Assembly (NCBI GenBank): GCA_963666565.1
Contig: OY762911.1
Location: 2,560,001-2,624,000 of the forward strand
Reading direction: 5' to 3'
DNA from: Thermoanaerobaculia bacterium
GTDB taxonomy: Bacteria; Acidobacteriota; Thermoanaerobaculia; Multivoradales; Multivoraceae
Length of the DNA: 64,000 nucleotides
Shown: positions 39,683 through 49,635 of the stretch, piece by piece
Layout of the letters: every line of letters starts with the position of its first letter
Position numbering within the stretch: the stretch's first letter is position 1
The notes under the pieces: model-generated
Database searches by the model: none
What the model saw: the letters and a program-made list of their open reading frames with translations, nothing else
What the model was told of the DNA's origin: nothing
Made by a program: the position numbers and the translations under genes

Positions 39683-42600
39683 CTAAAGAAGTCGGCGCTC
39701 CTCGTCGGCGGCTCGCCGTGCGTTGAGTTCGAGCAGGCGGACGAGGACCTCGTCGCGGACTTCGTCGGGCCAGCGGTAGCGGTAGGGCTTCTTCCTGGCG
39801 CCCCAGGTCTCTTCGTCGATCTCGTAGTCGAGGAGGAACTCGCAGTCGGTGGGGATGTCGGTCCAGCCGTAGGCGTCGAGGACGGCGCGGTCCATGTTGG
39901 TGTGTAGGTCGCGGAGTTCACGGATGGCGGGGCTGGTCTCGGAGGGGTCGTGGAAGCGGTTGTAGGTCGCGGTTAGGCCCTCGTCGTTCTCGACCATTTT
40001 GGTGGCGCGCCGGTCGTAGTAGGCCCTGCCGGCGGCCTCAAGGTCGGGGCTGGTTTCCCAGTTCTCGGGGAAGGGGAAGGTCTCGAAGCAGTCTGAGGGG
40101 GTGTAGCGGAGGTCGTCTTTCATGGAGGAGCCCAAGAACCGGACCCAGAGTTCGTGGGGACGGGACTGGAGGGCGGTGAAGGCGGCGTAAGTGGGGAGAG
40201 GGAAGACGATGAAGCTCTCAGCGTAGACCATGCCGTTGGGAAGGTACGCGAAGGTGGCGTACTGGCCGACGCGCGAGACGGCGAGGATACGGTCGAGGTC
40301 GGCGATGGCGGCGTAGAGTCCGGGGCGCTTCTCGGCGTAGTGCCACCACCGCTCGCGAAGCGCCTTGCGGTTCTGGGAGTCGCGGTCCGGCTTCACCCGC
40401 TCCTCCACGACCGCCAACAACTCGGGCCAATCCGCCGCCACGGGATCTGGGTAGTCGTCGGGCACTACGCCGGATTGCCGCCATTCGCGCCGTTCCGTTT
40501 CGTCTGCTTGGTGCCACGACCGATCGAGTCGACTGCGCCGTAGCGGATAGTCCTTGAAGTTGATGATGAAGCGGTGATGAGTGTGAGCGGGGCTGGCATT
40601 GAGCTCGGCGCCGCCGATGTACGGGAAGATCGCCTCCCGGTTCTTGGGGTTGTCGGCGATCAGACGCTTCATCTCGGCAAGCGGCGTCGCCACGCCCTTC
40701 TTGTCCGTGTCGTCAAACGTGAAGCCCATTCCGAGCACGATGCTTCCTTGGAAGCTCTTGCCTGCGTTCTCGGTCAGACGCGCCGGGTCCTCGTGGCCGC
40801 CGCGGTGGAACAGGAAGGCGGTGATGGTCGGCGCTGGCTTGGCGTCCAGCAGTCTCGGGCCAGACCAGGCGCCGCGGTGGACGTGGACGACGCTGACAAT
40901 GACCGCCGCCAGTCCGGGCCACTGGACCCGCCGTCGCGCTCGGTAGATCTCGCCGCCGCTCTGGCAGATGTGGCGCAGGCCGGTGGCGCGCGTGTCGCCC
41001 TGGGCGATCGTGTTCGTGGCGATCAGGCCGAGGGCGCCACGGGCGCGCAGCAGGTCGAACGAGCGCCGGAAGAAGTGGGCGACCAGGTCGGCGTTGCCGT
41101 GGCTCCGCTCGTGGAGCTGCTGCAGCCAGTCCTTGTAGCCGGGGACGTTCGCCGCGGCGATCGTGTTCTTGCCGGCAAACGGCGGGTTGCCGACGATCCC
41201 GTCGAAGCCTGGGTTCTCGCGTTCTCCGGGCAGCAGCACTTCCGGGAACTCGATCTCCCAGTGGAACGGGGCCAGCGGTGGGCTCGCCTTGCGGAGTTCT
41301 TCGAGCCAACCGACGTAGGCGTGGGTGCCCGGAAGGCCGGTCTCGTCTTCTGTAGGCGACTGCAGGGCTTGGGCAAACTCTCGCCGCAGCGCTTCCCGCT
41401 CCTTCGGCTTCTTCCCTTCAAAGAAAGCGGCCAGCGCCAGGTCGCCGTGTCTCTTCACCCGCGCCACTTCGCTGTCGGCCTCGCGGAGCCGGTCCCGCAA
41501 CTCACGATCCGGCGTCTCGTCGCCGGCGTCCTGGATCTCCCGCCGCAGGCGTAGCGCCTTCTCGACCTGCTCGCGGATCCAGGTCGTTTCGATGCCTGCC
41601 TGGAACCTCTTCTCCCCGCCCTTCCAGTGGAACGCCCGGATCTGCTCCAGGGTCAGGCCGACAAGCGAATCGCCTTCGCGGAGCGCGTGGTCGAGGAAGG
41701 TCAGCGGGTGGTTCCTGGCCAGGGTGACGAGCCAGAGGGACAGCTTCGCCAGATCGACGGCAACGGGATTCCGGTCGACGCCGTAGAGGCAGTTCCGCGC
41801 GACCAAACGGCGGGCATGGACGATCTCGTCCTCGTCGGGCGGGATCGCGGGCACGGCGTCGTGGGCGTACCAGGAGTCCACGAGGACGTCGGCGAGTTGG
41901 CGGCAGGCTTCGACCAGGAAGGCGCCGGAGCCCATGGCGGGGTCGCAGACCTTGAGGTCGAGGATCTCGGCTGGCCGTGGCACCGCGGTTTCCGCCGCCT
42001 CCCGGCGCAGCCGGTCGAGGATCGGTTCCAAGGTGTCGCGGACGATCGGTTCGGTGAGTTCCCGCGGCGTGTAGTGCGATCCTGAGCGCCGGCGCTCTTC
42101 GCTCGGCTGGAGGATGAGATCGCCTGTGCGGACGAGGTCGGGCGTCGCGTCGCGGTCGATGGCCTTGTCCAGAGCGGCATGGAGTTCGTCGAGCGTGGCC
42201 GCGTCGCGGAGCGCCTTTGCCGCGGCGCCGGTCAGGTTGCGGTCGGTCTGCTCCCGGAGCCAGCGGACGCGGCGGCCCGGCGCCTCGGTCAGCAGCGCTT
42301 CCAGGTTCACCGTTGCCGGCGCCCCGTGCTTTTTCGCCGCCTTGATCGCGGCCGAGCGGCCTTCCGCTCGTTCGAGGCGGAAGCCCATCATGGTCTCGTA
42401 TACGGCACCGATGTGCTCTACGTCCAGCGCCCGGTAGGACAGGCGCTCCCCGTCGAGCACTAGGAGCTTGGCGAGCGCCCGGTGGATCGTGCCGTCGGAG
42501 ACGAGGGGCGCGGCGACGCGCTCATGGTTCTGTGCCACCGCGCCCAGCGGCCGGCCCTCTAGGAACGTGTAGCGGTCCGGGTCGAAGAGGACGCCGTGCC

Positions 42601-43708
42601 GGGGCGGCAGACGCAGCTTTGCACCCTTCGCGCCGTCGTGGATCATGCGGAACAGCGCGAGCAACTGGGCCCAGGCGCCGAAGCGCTGGTCCATCGTGTC
42701 TGGGTGGAGCGCGGCGTCGGCCCGGAGCCGGTCGTGGAGACCGGCCAGGGAGTAGTGGCGAACGAACGTCTCGTCCTCCGAGAGCAGATCGCGCTCTTCC
42801 GCGAAGAGCAGGAAGACGAGCCTGAGAACGACCGTGAGCAGGCCCCGGTAGATGCCGCCGGGGTCTTCGCGCAACTGGTCGTTCAGCAGGTCGCCGCGCG
42901 AGGCGTCGTGGGCGGCCTGGAATCCCCGCAGCAGCTCGTAGAGCGCGTGCAGCACCTGCACCGCGAGCTTCTCGCTGACCTCGTTCTGGTACTTCCGGCT
43001 GTCGGCGAGCAGGGCGGCGAGCCGCTGGTTCCTCGGCAGGGCCAGCAGCCGGCGCTCGTTCAGCAGCAGCCGGAGCGCGGTGCAGATGGGGCGCCCGGCC
43101 GGAAGCAGCATGTCGGCGACGCGGAAGTCCATCCAGCCGGAGCTCTCGCCCCGCGGGGCCGAGACGAGTCGAAGGGAACGGCCGTTGAAGAGCAGGCCGG
43201 CGGGGACGTTCTTCGCCCGGAGCAGGCGCTCCAGCCGGCTGTGGGGCGAGGCCTCGAGCCGGCCGGCGTCGGCCGCGACCCGATCGAAGTCCTGGCCGGT
43301 CTCAAGGGTTCGCACCAGCAGTTGCCAAGCCGAGCCGCCCTCTTCCGGTTCGCGCTCGCGGACCCCGAAGTCCGGGCGCAGGGTTTCACCGTAGTCCGGT
43401 AATTGAAGGCTCAGTTCGTCCGGCAGCGAGGCGCCGAGGCCGCCGGCGTAGCCCCTGGGCGAGAACTTCCAGTCGAGCACGGAGCGGGCGAACTTCTCGA
43501 AGTCGGGCAGGAAGGGCCGCGGCGCCTCGCCTTCTCCGAACCGCCGCTCTTCGACGGCTGCCTGCAGGCGCTGCTGGCCCTCCCGGTCGCTTCGCTGCAG
43601 CACGACGCCGGCCTTGTCCAGCGCCGGGGCCGAGACGACAAGCCCGGTCGGCTGAACGAAGCCGAGCCACTCCAGGTGCGCGAGCGTGTTCGCGTTCGGT
43701 CGGGCCAT
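39683..43708 (-). CDS. drmMI: DISARM adenine DNA methyltransferase DrmMI (type IIG/Eco57I-like)
   Basis: SGSHYTP, DPAMGSGAFL (motif I), YGVD, FHWEIEFPEV, GNPPF (motif IV). Lies directly downstream of drmD. Confidence 0.88.
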   Translation of the reverse strand: MARPNANTLAHLEWLGFVQPTGLVVSAPALDKAGVVLQRSDREGQQRLQAAVEERRFGEGEAPRPFLPDFEKFARSVLDWKFSPRGYAGGLGASLPDELSLQLPDYGETLRPDFGVREREPEEGGSAWQLLVRTLETGQDFDRVAADAGRLEASPHSRLERLLRAKNVPAGLLFNGRSLRLVSAPRGESSGWMDFRVADMLLPAGRPICTALRLLLNERRLLALPRNQRLAALLADSRKYQNEVSEKLAVQVLHALYELLRGFQAAHDASRGDLLNDQLREDPGGIYRGLLTVVLRLVFLLFAEERDLLSEDETFVRHYSLAGLHDRLRADAALHPDTMDQRFGAWAQLLALFRMIHDGAKGAKLRLPPRHGVLFDPDRYTFLEGRPLGAVAQNHERVAAPLVSDGTIHRALAKLLVLDGERLSYRALDVEHIGAVYETMMGFRLERAEGRSAAIKAAKKHGAPATVNLEALLTEAPGRRVRWLREQTDRNLTGAAAKALRDAATLDELHAALDKAIDRDATPDLVRTGDLILQPSEERRRSGSHYTPRELTEPIVRDTLEPILDRLRREAAETAVPRPAEILDLKVCDPAMGSGAFLVEACRQLADVLVDSWYAHDAVPAIPPDEDEIVHARRLVARNCLYGVDRNPVAVDLAKLSLWLVTLARNHPLTFLDHALREGDSLVGLTLEQIRAFHWKGGEKRFQAGIETTWIREQVEKALRLRREIQDAGDETPDRELRDRLREADSEVARVKRHGDLALAAFFEGKKPKEREALRREFAQALQSPTEDETGLPGTHAYVGWLEELRKASPPLAPFHWEIEFPEVLLPGERENPGFDGIVGNPPFAGKNTIAAANVPGYKDWLQQLHERSHGNADLVAHFFRRSFDLLRARGALGLIATNTIAQGDTRATGLRHICQSGGEIYRARRRVQWPGLAAVIVSVVHVHRGAWSGPRLLDAKPAPTITAFLFHRGGHEDPARLTENAGKSFQGSIVLGMGFTFDDTDKKGVATPLAEMKRLIADNPKNREAIFPYIGGAELNASPAHTHHRFIINFKDYPLRRSRLDRSWHQADETERREWRQSGVVPDDYPDPVAADWPELLAVVEERVKPDRDSQNRKALRERWWHYAEKRPGLYAAIADLDRILAVSRVGQYATFAYLPNGMVYAESFIVFPLPTYAAFTALQSRPHELWVRFLGSSMKDDLRYTPSDCFETFPFPENWETSPDLEAAGRAYYDRRATKMVENDEGLTATYNRFHDPSETSPAIRELRDLHTNMDRAVLDAYGWTDIPTDCEFLLDYEIDEETWGARKKPYRYRWPDEVRDEVLVRLLELNARRAADEERRLL

Positions 43709-43749
43709 CGGCTACCGCAAAGTACGCAGGGGAATCGAGCCAGGCGAGG

Positions 43750-46700
43750 TCAGTTCGTCTCGGGCCACAGGTAGACGATGCCGAGCGGCTCGACCGGCGG
43801 CACGGCGCGGACTTCGTAGAAGTCGCGTACGCGGCGGGGCTCGCGGTCCAGATCGCGGTCGAACTGGTCCAGGCGGCGGCGCCAGGAGTTCATGTCGGCC
43901 AGGAGTTGCCGCTCTTCGGCCTGGCTGAAGGCCAGGGTTCGCTGCTTCAGCGCCGATTGGCGTCGTTCCAGTTCGCCGCCGACGTGGCCGCGCTGGTGTT
44001 CGAGCGTCTCGCGGAGCTCCCGGCTCTCGCGTTCGCCGCGCTCGCGCAGACGCTCGGTCGCCGACTTCTCCATCGCGCGGGCGCGGGTCTCCAACTGCGG
44101 CCGGAGTTCGTCCACGTCGCGCGGCGCGGAGCCGAGCAGTCGGCGGACGACGACGTCGTTCACCGGGCGACCGCCGGAACGCGCCAGCGACTGTTCGAGC
44201 AGGTCGAGGGCACGGATTTCCGCGTCGCGCGCGTAGGCGGCGAGCGGGGCGTCGCGCCTCCCCGGTTCGACCCAGCGGGCCGCTGCCGTCACGATCTCCT
44301 CGTGCAGCCGTTCGGCGCGCCGGCCGTAGAGGGTCAGCCGGCCGAGCAGGACGACGCGGGGAATCGAATCCGCCGACTGGGCAAGACAGGCGCGCGAGAG
44401 GTCGTGATGCACGAAGCCCTGGGAGCGGAAGCGGGCCAGCAGACGCTGGGCGACGCGCTGTTCGAGATGAAGGTGAACCGTGTCGTCGGTGAGGATGCCG
44501 GGATCCTGGAACACGACCGGGCGCGGCGGTTCTTCCTTCCGCCATTCGGTGAGCTTCTGGTTGCGGCGTCGTGGTCGGCGCAAGGAGTCGAGGGTGCCTG
44601 CCCAGCTCGGGTCGGCGTGGGTCTGACCGTCCAGAGCGGGGAAGGTCCAAACCTTGCCGTTGTCTTCGCTCCGCGTTTGCCGCAACGGCGCCGCGCCGGC
44701 GATTTCGAGCGAACACGACAGAGCGTCGCGGAAGGCGTTCTCCTCGAACTGAACCCACTGGCGGGACCGCTGCAGGAGGTCCCGGCAACGCGCGATCTGG
44801 CCCTTCAGGTCGTCCCGGCGTTGGCGCGCGGCCTCGAGTTCTTCGTTGACCAGGCGCCGGCGCTCGGCGTCGATGTCGGCCCGCTCGATCTCGCGGGCCA
44901 GTCGGCCGGCGTCACGGTGGCGGATGCCGCTCTTCGTCAGGCGGCGTTCCACCGCGTCGTCTATGACCTGGGACAGGCTGCCGAGCTCGGTCTTGATGGT
45001 CTCCGTCTTCCTGACGAGAACCTGGAGTACGCGGTCCTCGGCGCGCTGGGGCAGGACGAAGTAGTGACAGCGGACCTCGGGCGCCTGCTGGAGCTTGCGG
45101 TCGATACGGCCGTTTCGCTGCTCGATGCGGCCGGGATTCCAGGGCAAGTCGAAGTGGAACAGGTCCGTGCAGTGAGCCTGGAAGTTCAGTCCCTCGCGGG
45201 CGGCGTCGGTCGCCAGGAGGATGCGAAGCGGCTCGTCCTTCGGGTCGGTGTTGAACCGGCGCTGGATCTCGCGCCGCCGGGGTCCGCGAGTGAGTCCGTC
45301 GATCGTCACGATCCGTTCCTCCGCGCGGTCGGTGGAGGCGATCGCGTCGTCGAGCATCGCGCGGAGGTAGCGCTTCGTGCCCTCCCGGTTCTCGGTAAAG
45401 ACGAGGAGGCGGCGGTCGTTCCAGCGCGGCGGCGGGGAGCCGGCGGGGAGCGCTTGGCCCAGGGGCGGCAGGCCGGGGCAGAGGTGTTCGCGGATCCAGT
45501 CGACGAGTTCGCGGGTCTTCGCGTCGGGCCTGCCGCGAGCTTGCTCGGCGATTCGCTGCATCCGATCGAGCAGGTCGTTCTCGCGCTGGAGGGGGCTGCC
45601 CTCAGCCCGTTCGGCTCCGTGTGCGGACTCGGCCGAGGCGTTCAGGTCGCGGATCTGGGCCTCCTCCTCTCGGTCGGCTTCTTCGCCCGTAAAGGCCGCG
45701 CGGTCCTCGTCGCCTTCTTCCCCGGCCAGCCACGAGCCCGAGACGAAACGCTCCGTCCGGTCCGAGCCGCCGCTCCGCCCGGCGGCGTCCGCTGCCTTCC
45801 GGCGCCGGCGCTCGAGCGTGCCGCGGTGCGTCCTCAGGCTGCGCGCGAACGCCTCGATGGAGGACAGCAGCCGCTGCTGAAGGCCGACGACGAGCAGACC
45901 GGAGGCGGCGCGGGCCGACTGCGGCGCCGCCTGGAACCGCTCCTCGCGGGCCTCGCGGTACTCGTCGAGCAGGCGGGAGAGCAGGAGTTCGGGGGCGTCC
46001 TCGGGGAGATCGTCGATCTTCACGGGCACGACGCGGCGTCTCGGAAAGCCGCCCTGGACGTCGCGGATGTCCTCCTTCAGGCGGCGCACCATCACGGCTT
46101 CGAGCGACCGCTTGCGCACCTTGACCCCGCGGGTGAAGCGGTTCGGGTCCAGCAGTTCGAGCAGCGTGGAGAAGCTGTTCGAGTGGCCGTTGTGGGGCGT
46201 CGCCGAGAGGAAGAGCCGGTGCTCGAAGCGGCCGCTGAGGTCGCGAACGGCGCGGGTGAACTTCGACTCGATGCCGTAGCGGCCGCCGCTGGCAGGGGCG
46301 GCATGGTGGGCCTCGTCGAGGATCAGCAGGCTCCCGGAGAGCACCGGTCCCAACCACTCGCGCATCGGGTCGGCGTAGGTGGCGTCGCGCAGCAGGCTGT
46401 GCGAGACGAGGAAGCGGCTGTGAGTCCGCCACGGATTGACGCCGAAGCCCCGCTCGCGCCGCATGCGCGTGAACCAGGCGCGGTCGAGGATCTCGAACAG
46501 CAGCCCGAACCGTTCCTCCATCTCGGCTTGCCACTGTTCGAGGACGGAACTCGGCGCGGAGACGACGATCGTCTTGACCTTCTTGCGGAGCAGCAGCTCG
46601 CGGGCGATGAGGCCTGCCTCGATCGTCTTGCCCAGGCCGGTGTCGTCCGCAATGAAGAGGTTGACGCGGGGCATCCGCAGCGCCTTGCGCAGCGGCTCCA

Positions 46701-47088
46701 TCTGGTAGGCGTCCAGCTTGATGCCGGCCCGGAACGGCGCCTGGAAGAGGTTCGGATCCGTGGCGGTGACGCAGTTCCATCGGAGCGTGTGCAGGAAGGC
46801 TGCGAAGCGGCGCGGCGTGTCGAAGCCCTTGGCGGCAAGTTCGCCCCAGCCTTCCTGCTTCAGGATGCGCCGGTCGATCTCGTGGTTCCAGAAGACCTCG
46901 ATCTCCTCGCCCTGGGCGTCGTCTTCGGCGCAGGCGAGACGGACGACGGAGGAGTGGCCGGGCTTCTCGCCCGGTTGAACGTCCTCCACGAGCCAGCGAC
47001 GTGAGCGGACGTGGACGAGTTGGCCGACTTCCGGGTCGCGTTCGGGGAGCTCGCGTTCAGGAAACGGGGAAGCGGCTGGGGGCGTCAT
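43750..47088 (-). CDS. drmD: DISARM SNF2-like helicase DrmD
   Basis: PEVGQLVHVRSRRW, FQAPFRAGI, ADDTGLGKT, DEAHH, SATPHNG, EGLNFQ, QRNGRIDR. Confidence 0.92.
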   Translation of the reverse strand: MTPPAASPFPERELPERDPEVGQLVHVRSRRWLVEDVQPGEKPGHSSVVRLACAEDDAQGEEIEVFWNHEIDRRILKQEGWGELAAKGFDTPRRFAAFLHTLRWNCVTATDPNLFQAPFRAGIKLDAYQMEPLRKALRMPRVNLFIADDTGLGKTIEAGLIARELLLRKKVKTIVVSAPSSVLEQWQAEMEERFGLLFEILDRAWFTRMRRERGFGVNPWRTHSRFLVSHSLLRDATYADPMREWLGPVLSGSLLILDEAHHAAPASGGRYGIESKFTRAVRDLSGRFEHRLFLSATPHNGHSNSFSTLLELLDPNRFTRGVKVRKRSLEAVMVRRLKEDIRDVQGGFPRRRVVPVKIDDLPEDAPELLLSRLLDEYREAREERFQAAPQSARAASGLLVVGLQQRLLSSIEAFARSLRTHRGTLERRRRKAADAAGRSGGSDRTERFVSGSWLAGEEGDEDRAAFTGEEADREEEAQIRDLNASAESAHGAERAEGSPLQRENDLLDRMQRIAEQARGRPDAKTRELVDWIREHLCPGLPPLGQALPAGSPPPRWNDRRLLVFTENREGTKRYLRAMLDDAIASTDRAEERIVTIDGLTRGPRRREIQRRFNTDPKDEPLRILLATDAAREGLNFQAHCTDLFHFDLPWNPGRIEQRNGRIDRKLQQAPEVRCHYFVLPQRAEDRVLQVLVRKTETIKTELGSLSQVIDDAVERRLTKSGIRHRDAGRLAREIERADIDAERRRLVNEELEAARQRRDDLKGQIARCRDLLQRSRQWVQFEENAFRDALSCSLEIAGAAPLRQTRSEDNGKVWTFPALDGQTHADPSWAGTLDSLRRPRRRNQKLTEWRKEEPPRPVVFQDPGILTDDTVHLHLEQRVAQRLLARFRSQGFVHHDLSRACLAQSADSIPRVVLLGRLTLYGRRAERLHEEIVTAAARWVEPGRRDAPLAAYARDAEIRALDLLEQSLARSGGRPVNDVVVRRLLGSAPRDVDELRPQLETRARAMEKSATERLRERGERESRELRETLEHQRGHVGGELERRQSALKQRTLAFSQAEERQLLADMNSWRRRLDQFDRDLDREPRRVRDFYEVRAVPPVEPLGIVYLWPETN

Positions 47089-47158
47089 TCTGGCCGGTAC
47101 AAGGGGGCTGGCACGCGACCGAGCGTGTTTTCGGGGCGAACAACATACACGGGATGAA

Positions 47159-47178
47159 TGCTATTGGGCCGAATAGCA
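47159..47178. promoter_or_regulatory. Operator-like palindrome upstream of drmD
   Basis: TGCTATT-N6-AATAGCA perfect inverted repeat in an AT-rich intergenic patch. Confidence 0.45.
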
Positions 47179-47210
47179 CAAATGGCGAGCGCGGGAGTTG
47201 GCTTGTTTCC

Positions 47211-48263
47211 TCAGCCGTACATCACCGCCGCGGCCTGCTCCCGCAGCGCCGTCGGGTTTCCCATCATCTGGCGGTCGTAGCCGACGCGCTTGTAGAAGAT
47301 GTGCATGTCGCACTCGTGGGTGAAGCCGATGCCGCCGAAGACCTGGGTGGTCAACGTGACGGCGTTCGTCGCGACTTCGGTGGCGTGGGCCTTCAGCAAG
47401 GGGGCGAGGTGGTCGATCTCGTCGGACTCCTGGTCCCAGGCGTCGGCGGCGTGCCAGAGCAGGGACTGGACGGGCTCGACTTCGGCCAGGACCTCGGCGC
47501 AGATGTGCTTGACCGCCTGGAAGGAGCCGATGATGCGCTCGAACTGCTTGCGCTCCCTGGCGTAGTCCACCGCGATCTGGAGCCCTTTCTGGGCGGCGCC
47601 CAGGGCGTCGGCCGCCAGGGCGATCCGGGCCGCCTGGACGGCGCGGCGGGTCGATTCGGCGCTGCCGCCGAGGTTCTCGGCCGCTCCGAGGTCGATCCCG
47701 GAGAAGGTGACCTCGGCGACTCGCCGGGTGTCGTCGACGGTATCGAGCGGCGTGATGTCGATGCCGGAGATGGACGCGTCGAGCACGTACAGGCTGCCCC
47801 CCGATTCGAGGAGAAAAGCGTCGGCCCACGCCGCATCGGGCACGTAGAGGGCGGCGCCTTCGATCCGGCCGTCGTCGACCGGCGCGTCGAGGATCGGCGC
47901 GACCAGCGTTCCGCCCTCGGCGATCCCCTCGAGCAGTTCGTTCCGGCGTTCGCCCGCGTCCGCGCCGGCAAGCAGCAGCGGCGCCAGAACGCAGGCCGAG
48001 TGGAAGTTGACCGGCGCCGCGGCGCGGCCGATCTCCTGGGCCGCGATCCCGGCCTCCTGCAGCCCGAGTTCCGCGCCGCCCCGGTCCATGTCGATCAGCA
48101 GGCCGGCGATTCCCTGGTCGCCGAGCTGGCCGTGGATCGCCTCGTCGCGGCCCGAGTCCGAGTCCATGACGGAGCGAACGCGTTCGATGCCCACATCCTG
48201 GGCGAGAAAGCGGGCGATCGTGTCGCGGAGCAGTTCCTGCGGCTGCGTCAGGCCAAAGTCCAT
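47211..48263 (-). CDS. Acyl-CoA dehydrogenase family protein (short subunit)
   Basis: MDFGLTQPQELLR, YARERKQFERIIGSFQAVKH, QVFGGIGFT. Confidence 0.9.
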   Translation of the reverse strand: MDFGLTQPQELLRDTIARFLAQDVGIERVRSVMDSDSGRDEAIHGQLGDQGIAGLLIDMDRGGAELGLQEAGIAAQEIGRAAAPVNFHSACVLAPLLLAGADAGERRNELLEGIAEGGTLVAPILDAPVDDGRIEGAALYVPDAAWADAFLLESGGSLYVLDASISGIDITPLDTVDDTRRVAEVTFSGIDLGAAENLGGSAESTRRAVQAARIALAADALGAAQKGLQIAVDYARERKQFERIIGSFQAVKHICAEVLAEVEPVQSLLWHAADAWDQESDEIDHLAPLLKAHATEVATNAVTLTTQVFGGIGFTHECDMHIFYKRVGYDRQMMGNPTALREQAAAVMYG

Positions 48264-48324
48264 GCCGGACTCCTCTTGCGGTTTGCGGCGCGGTTCGTTC
48301 GGGTGGGGCGGCGGCCGGATGGAC

Positions 48325-49518
48325 TCAGGCCGCGGCCGGCTTCGGCTCCCGCGGCAGGCCGAGCCCCCGCTCGCCGATGATGTTCTTCTGGATCTGGGCG
48401 GTGCCGCCGCCGATGATGAGCCCCAGGGCGTACATGTAGTTGCGCTGCCAGTTGCCGTAGTCGCGCACGTGCTTCGAGCCGCGCTTGAGCACGCCCCGCT
48501 CGGCCATCGCGTCGATCGCCAGGGCGCAGACGTCGTAGTTCAACTGGCAGTTGTTCAGCTTGACGATCAAGCCGCCGGCGCCGGAGTCGCGCTTCTTCAG
48601 CATGTCGGTGAGCAGCCGCAACTGGTGGTACTTCATCGCCTGCACGCGGCCCTCCAGCCTGGCCAGGCGGTCGCGGTAGACGGGGGAGTCGATGAGCCCG
48701 GTCTCGCGCAGGATGTCGACGCAGCCGGAGAGGTAGTTCTCGGTCGCGTTCGACCGGCCCAGCATGTTCCGCTCGTAGCGCAGCGTGTAGGTGCCGACCT
48801 CCCAGCCCTGACCGGGGCGGCCGATCACGTTCGTGGCCGGCACCCGCACGTCGGTGAAGAACACCTCGTTGAAGGAGGCGTCGCCGGTCATCGTCATCAG
48901 CGGTCGGACCTCGATGCCCGGGGTGTCCATCGGCAGCACGAGGTAGCTGATGCCCGCGTGCTTGCCGGCATCCGCCTCGGTGCGGATCAGCGCGAACATC
49001 ATCTCCGCTTCCTTCGCGCCGCTCGTCCAGATCTTCTGGCCGTTGATCACGTACTCGTCGCCGTCGAGGCGCGCCGAGGTGCGGAGCGACGCAAGGTCCG
49101 AGCCGGAGCCGGGCTCGCTGTAGCCCTGGCACCAGATCATCTCGCCGCGGATCGTGGGCCGGATCAGGTCCTGCTTCTGGTCTTCGCGGCCGTAGTGCAG
49201 CAGGGTGGGCACGAACATGCTGATGCCCTGGTTCTCCATGCCGAGCGAGATGCCGGCGTCCTGGAACTCCTTCTCGATCACCAGGCCGGCGAGCGGGTCG
49301 GGATCGTGGCCGGCGCCGCCGTACCGCTGCGGGATCGTGCGGGCGGCGTAGCCGGCGTCGACCAGTCGTCCCTGCCACTCGAGGGTTCGCGCCCGGACCT
49401 CGGAGGCGTCGCCGCCGAAGCCGGGACCCGCCGGCACGACGGCGTCTTCGTTGGAGGCGAAGAAGGAGCGGATCTCTTCGCGGAGGGAGTCGTACTCGGT
49501 GCCGATCGATGTGTCCAT
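48325..49518 (-). CDS. Acyl-CoA dehydrogenase family protein
   Basis: WCQGYSEPGSGSDLASL, INGQKIWTS, FNEVFF, IGGGTAQIQKNIIGER (C-terminal part of ORF 48325..53070). Confidence 0.92.
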   Translation of the reverse strand: MDTSIGTEYDSLREEIRSFFASNEDAVVPAGPGFGGDASEVRARTLEWQGRLVDAGYAARTIPQRYGGAGHDPDPLAGLVIEKEFQDAGISLGMENQGISMFVPTLLHYGREDQKQDLIRPTIRGEMIWCQGYSEPGSGSDLASLRTSARLDGDEYVINGQKIWTSGAKEAEMMFALIRTEADAGKHAGISYLVLPMDTPGIEVRPLMTMTGDASFNEVFFTDVRVPATNVIGRPGQGWEVGTYTLRYERNMLGRSNATENYLSGCVDILRETGLIDSPVYRDRLARLEGRVQAMKYHQLRLLTDMLKKRDSGAGGLIVKLNNCQLNYDVCALAIDAMAERGVLKRGSKHVRDYGNWQRNYMYALGLIIGGGTAQIQKNIIGERGLGLPREPKPAAA

Positions 49519-49635
49519 GATGGGCGCGACTCTATCGCGGGCGCGACCTTCGTCGGCGAGCCCGGAGGTTCGGAGTAAGCTTGGCCGCCGCGGCATTCCG
49601 GCGGGCCACGACATGGGAAGGACGGCGCGAGCGAT

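Larger units (their letters stand above)
26224..47088. other. Defence island: class I DISARM with nested accessory modules
   Basis: drmD-drmMI...drmA-drmB in canonical order, with inserted genes, lying between housekeeping/metabolic genes. No integrase or flanking repeats seen. Confidence 0.85.

Noticed and set aside
26193-47210. Defence island as an integrative mobile element or prophage
   Set aside because: No integrase, transposase, tRNA target, att-like direct repeats or phage structural genes were found.
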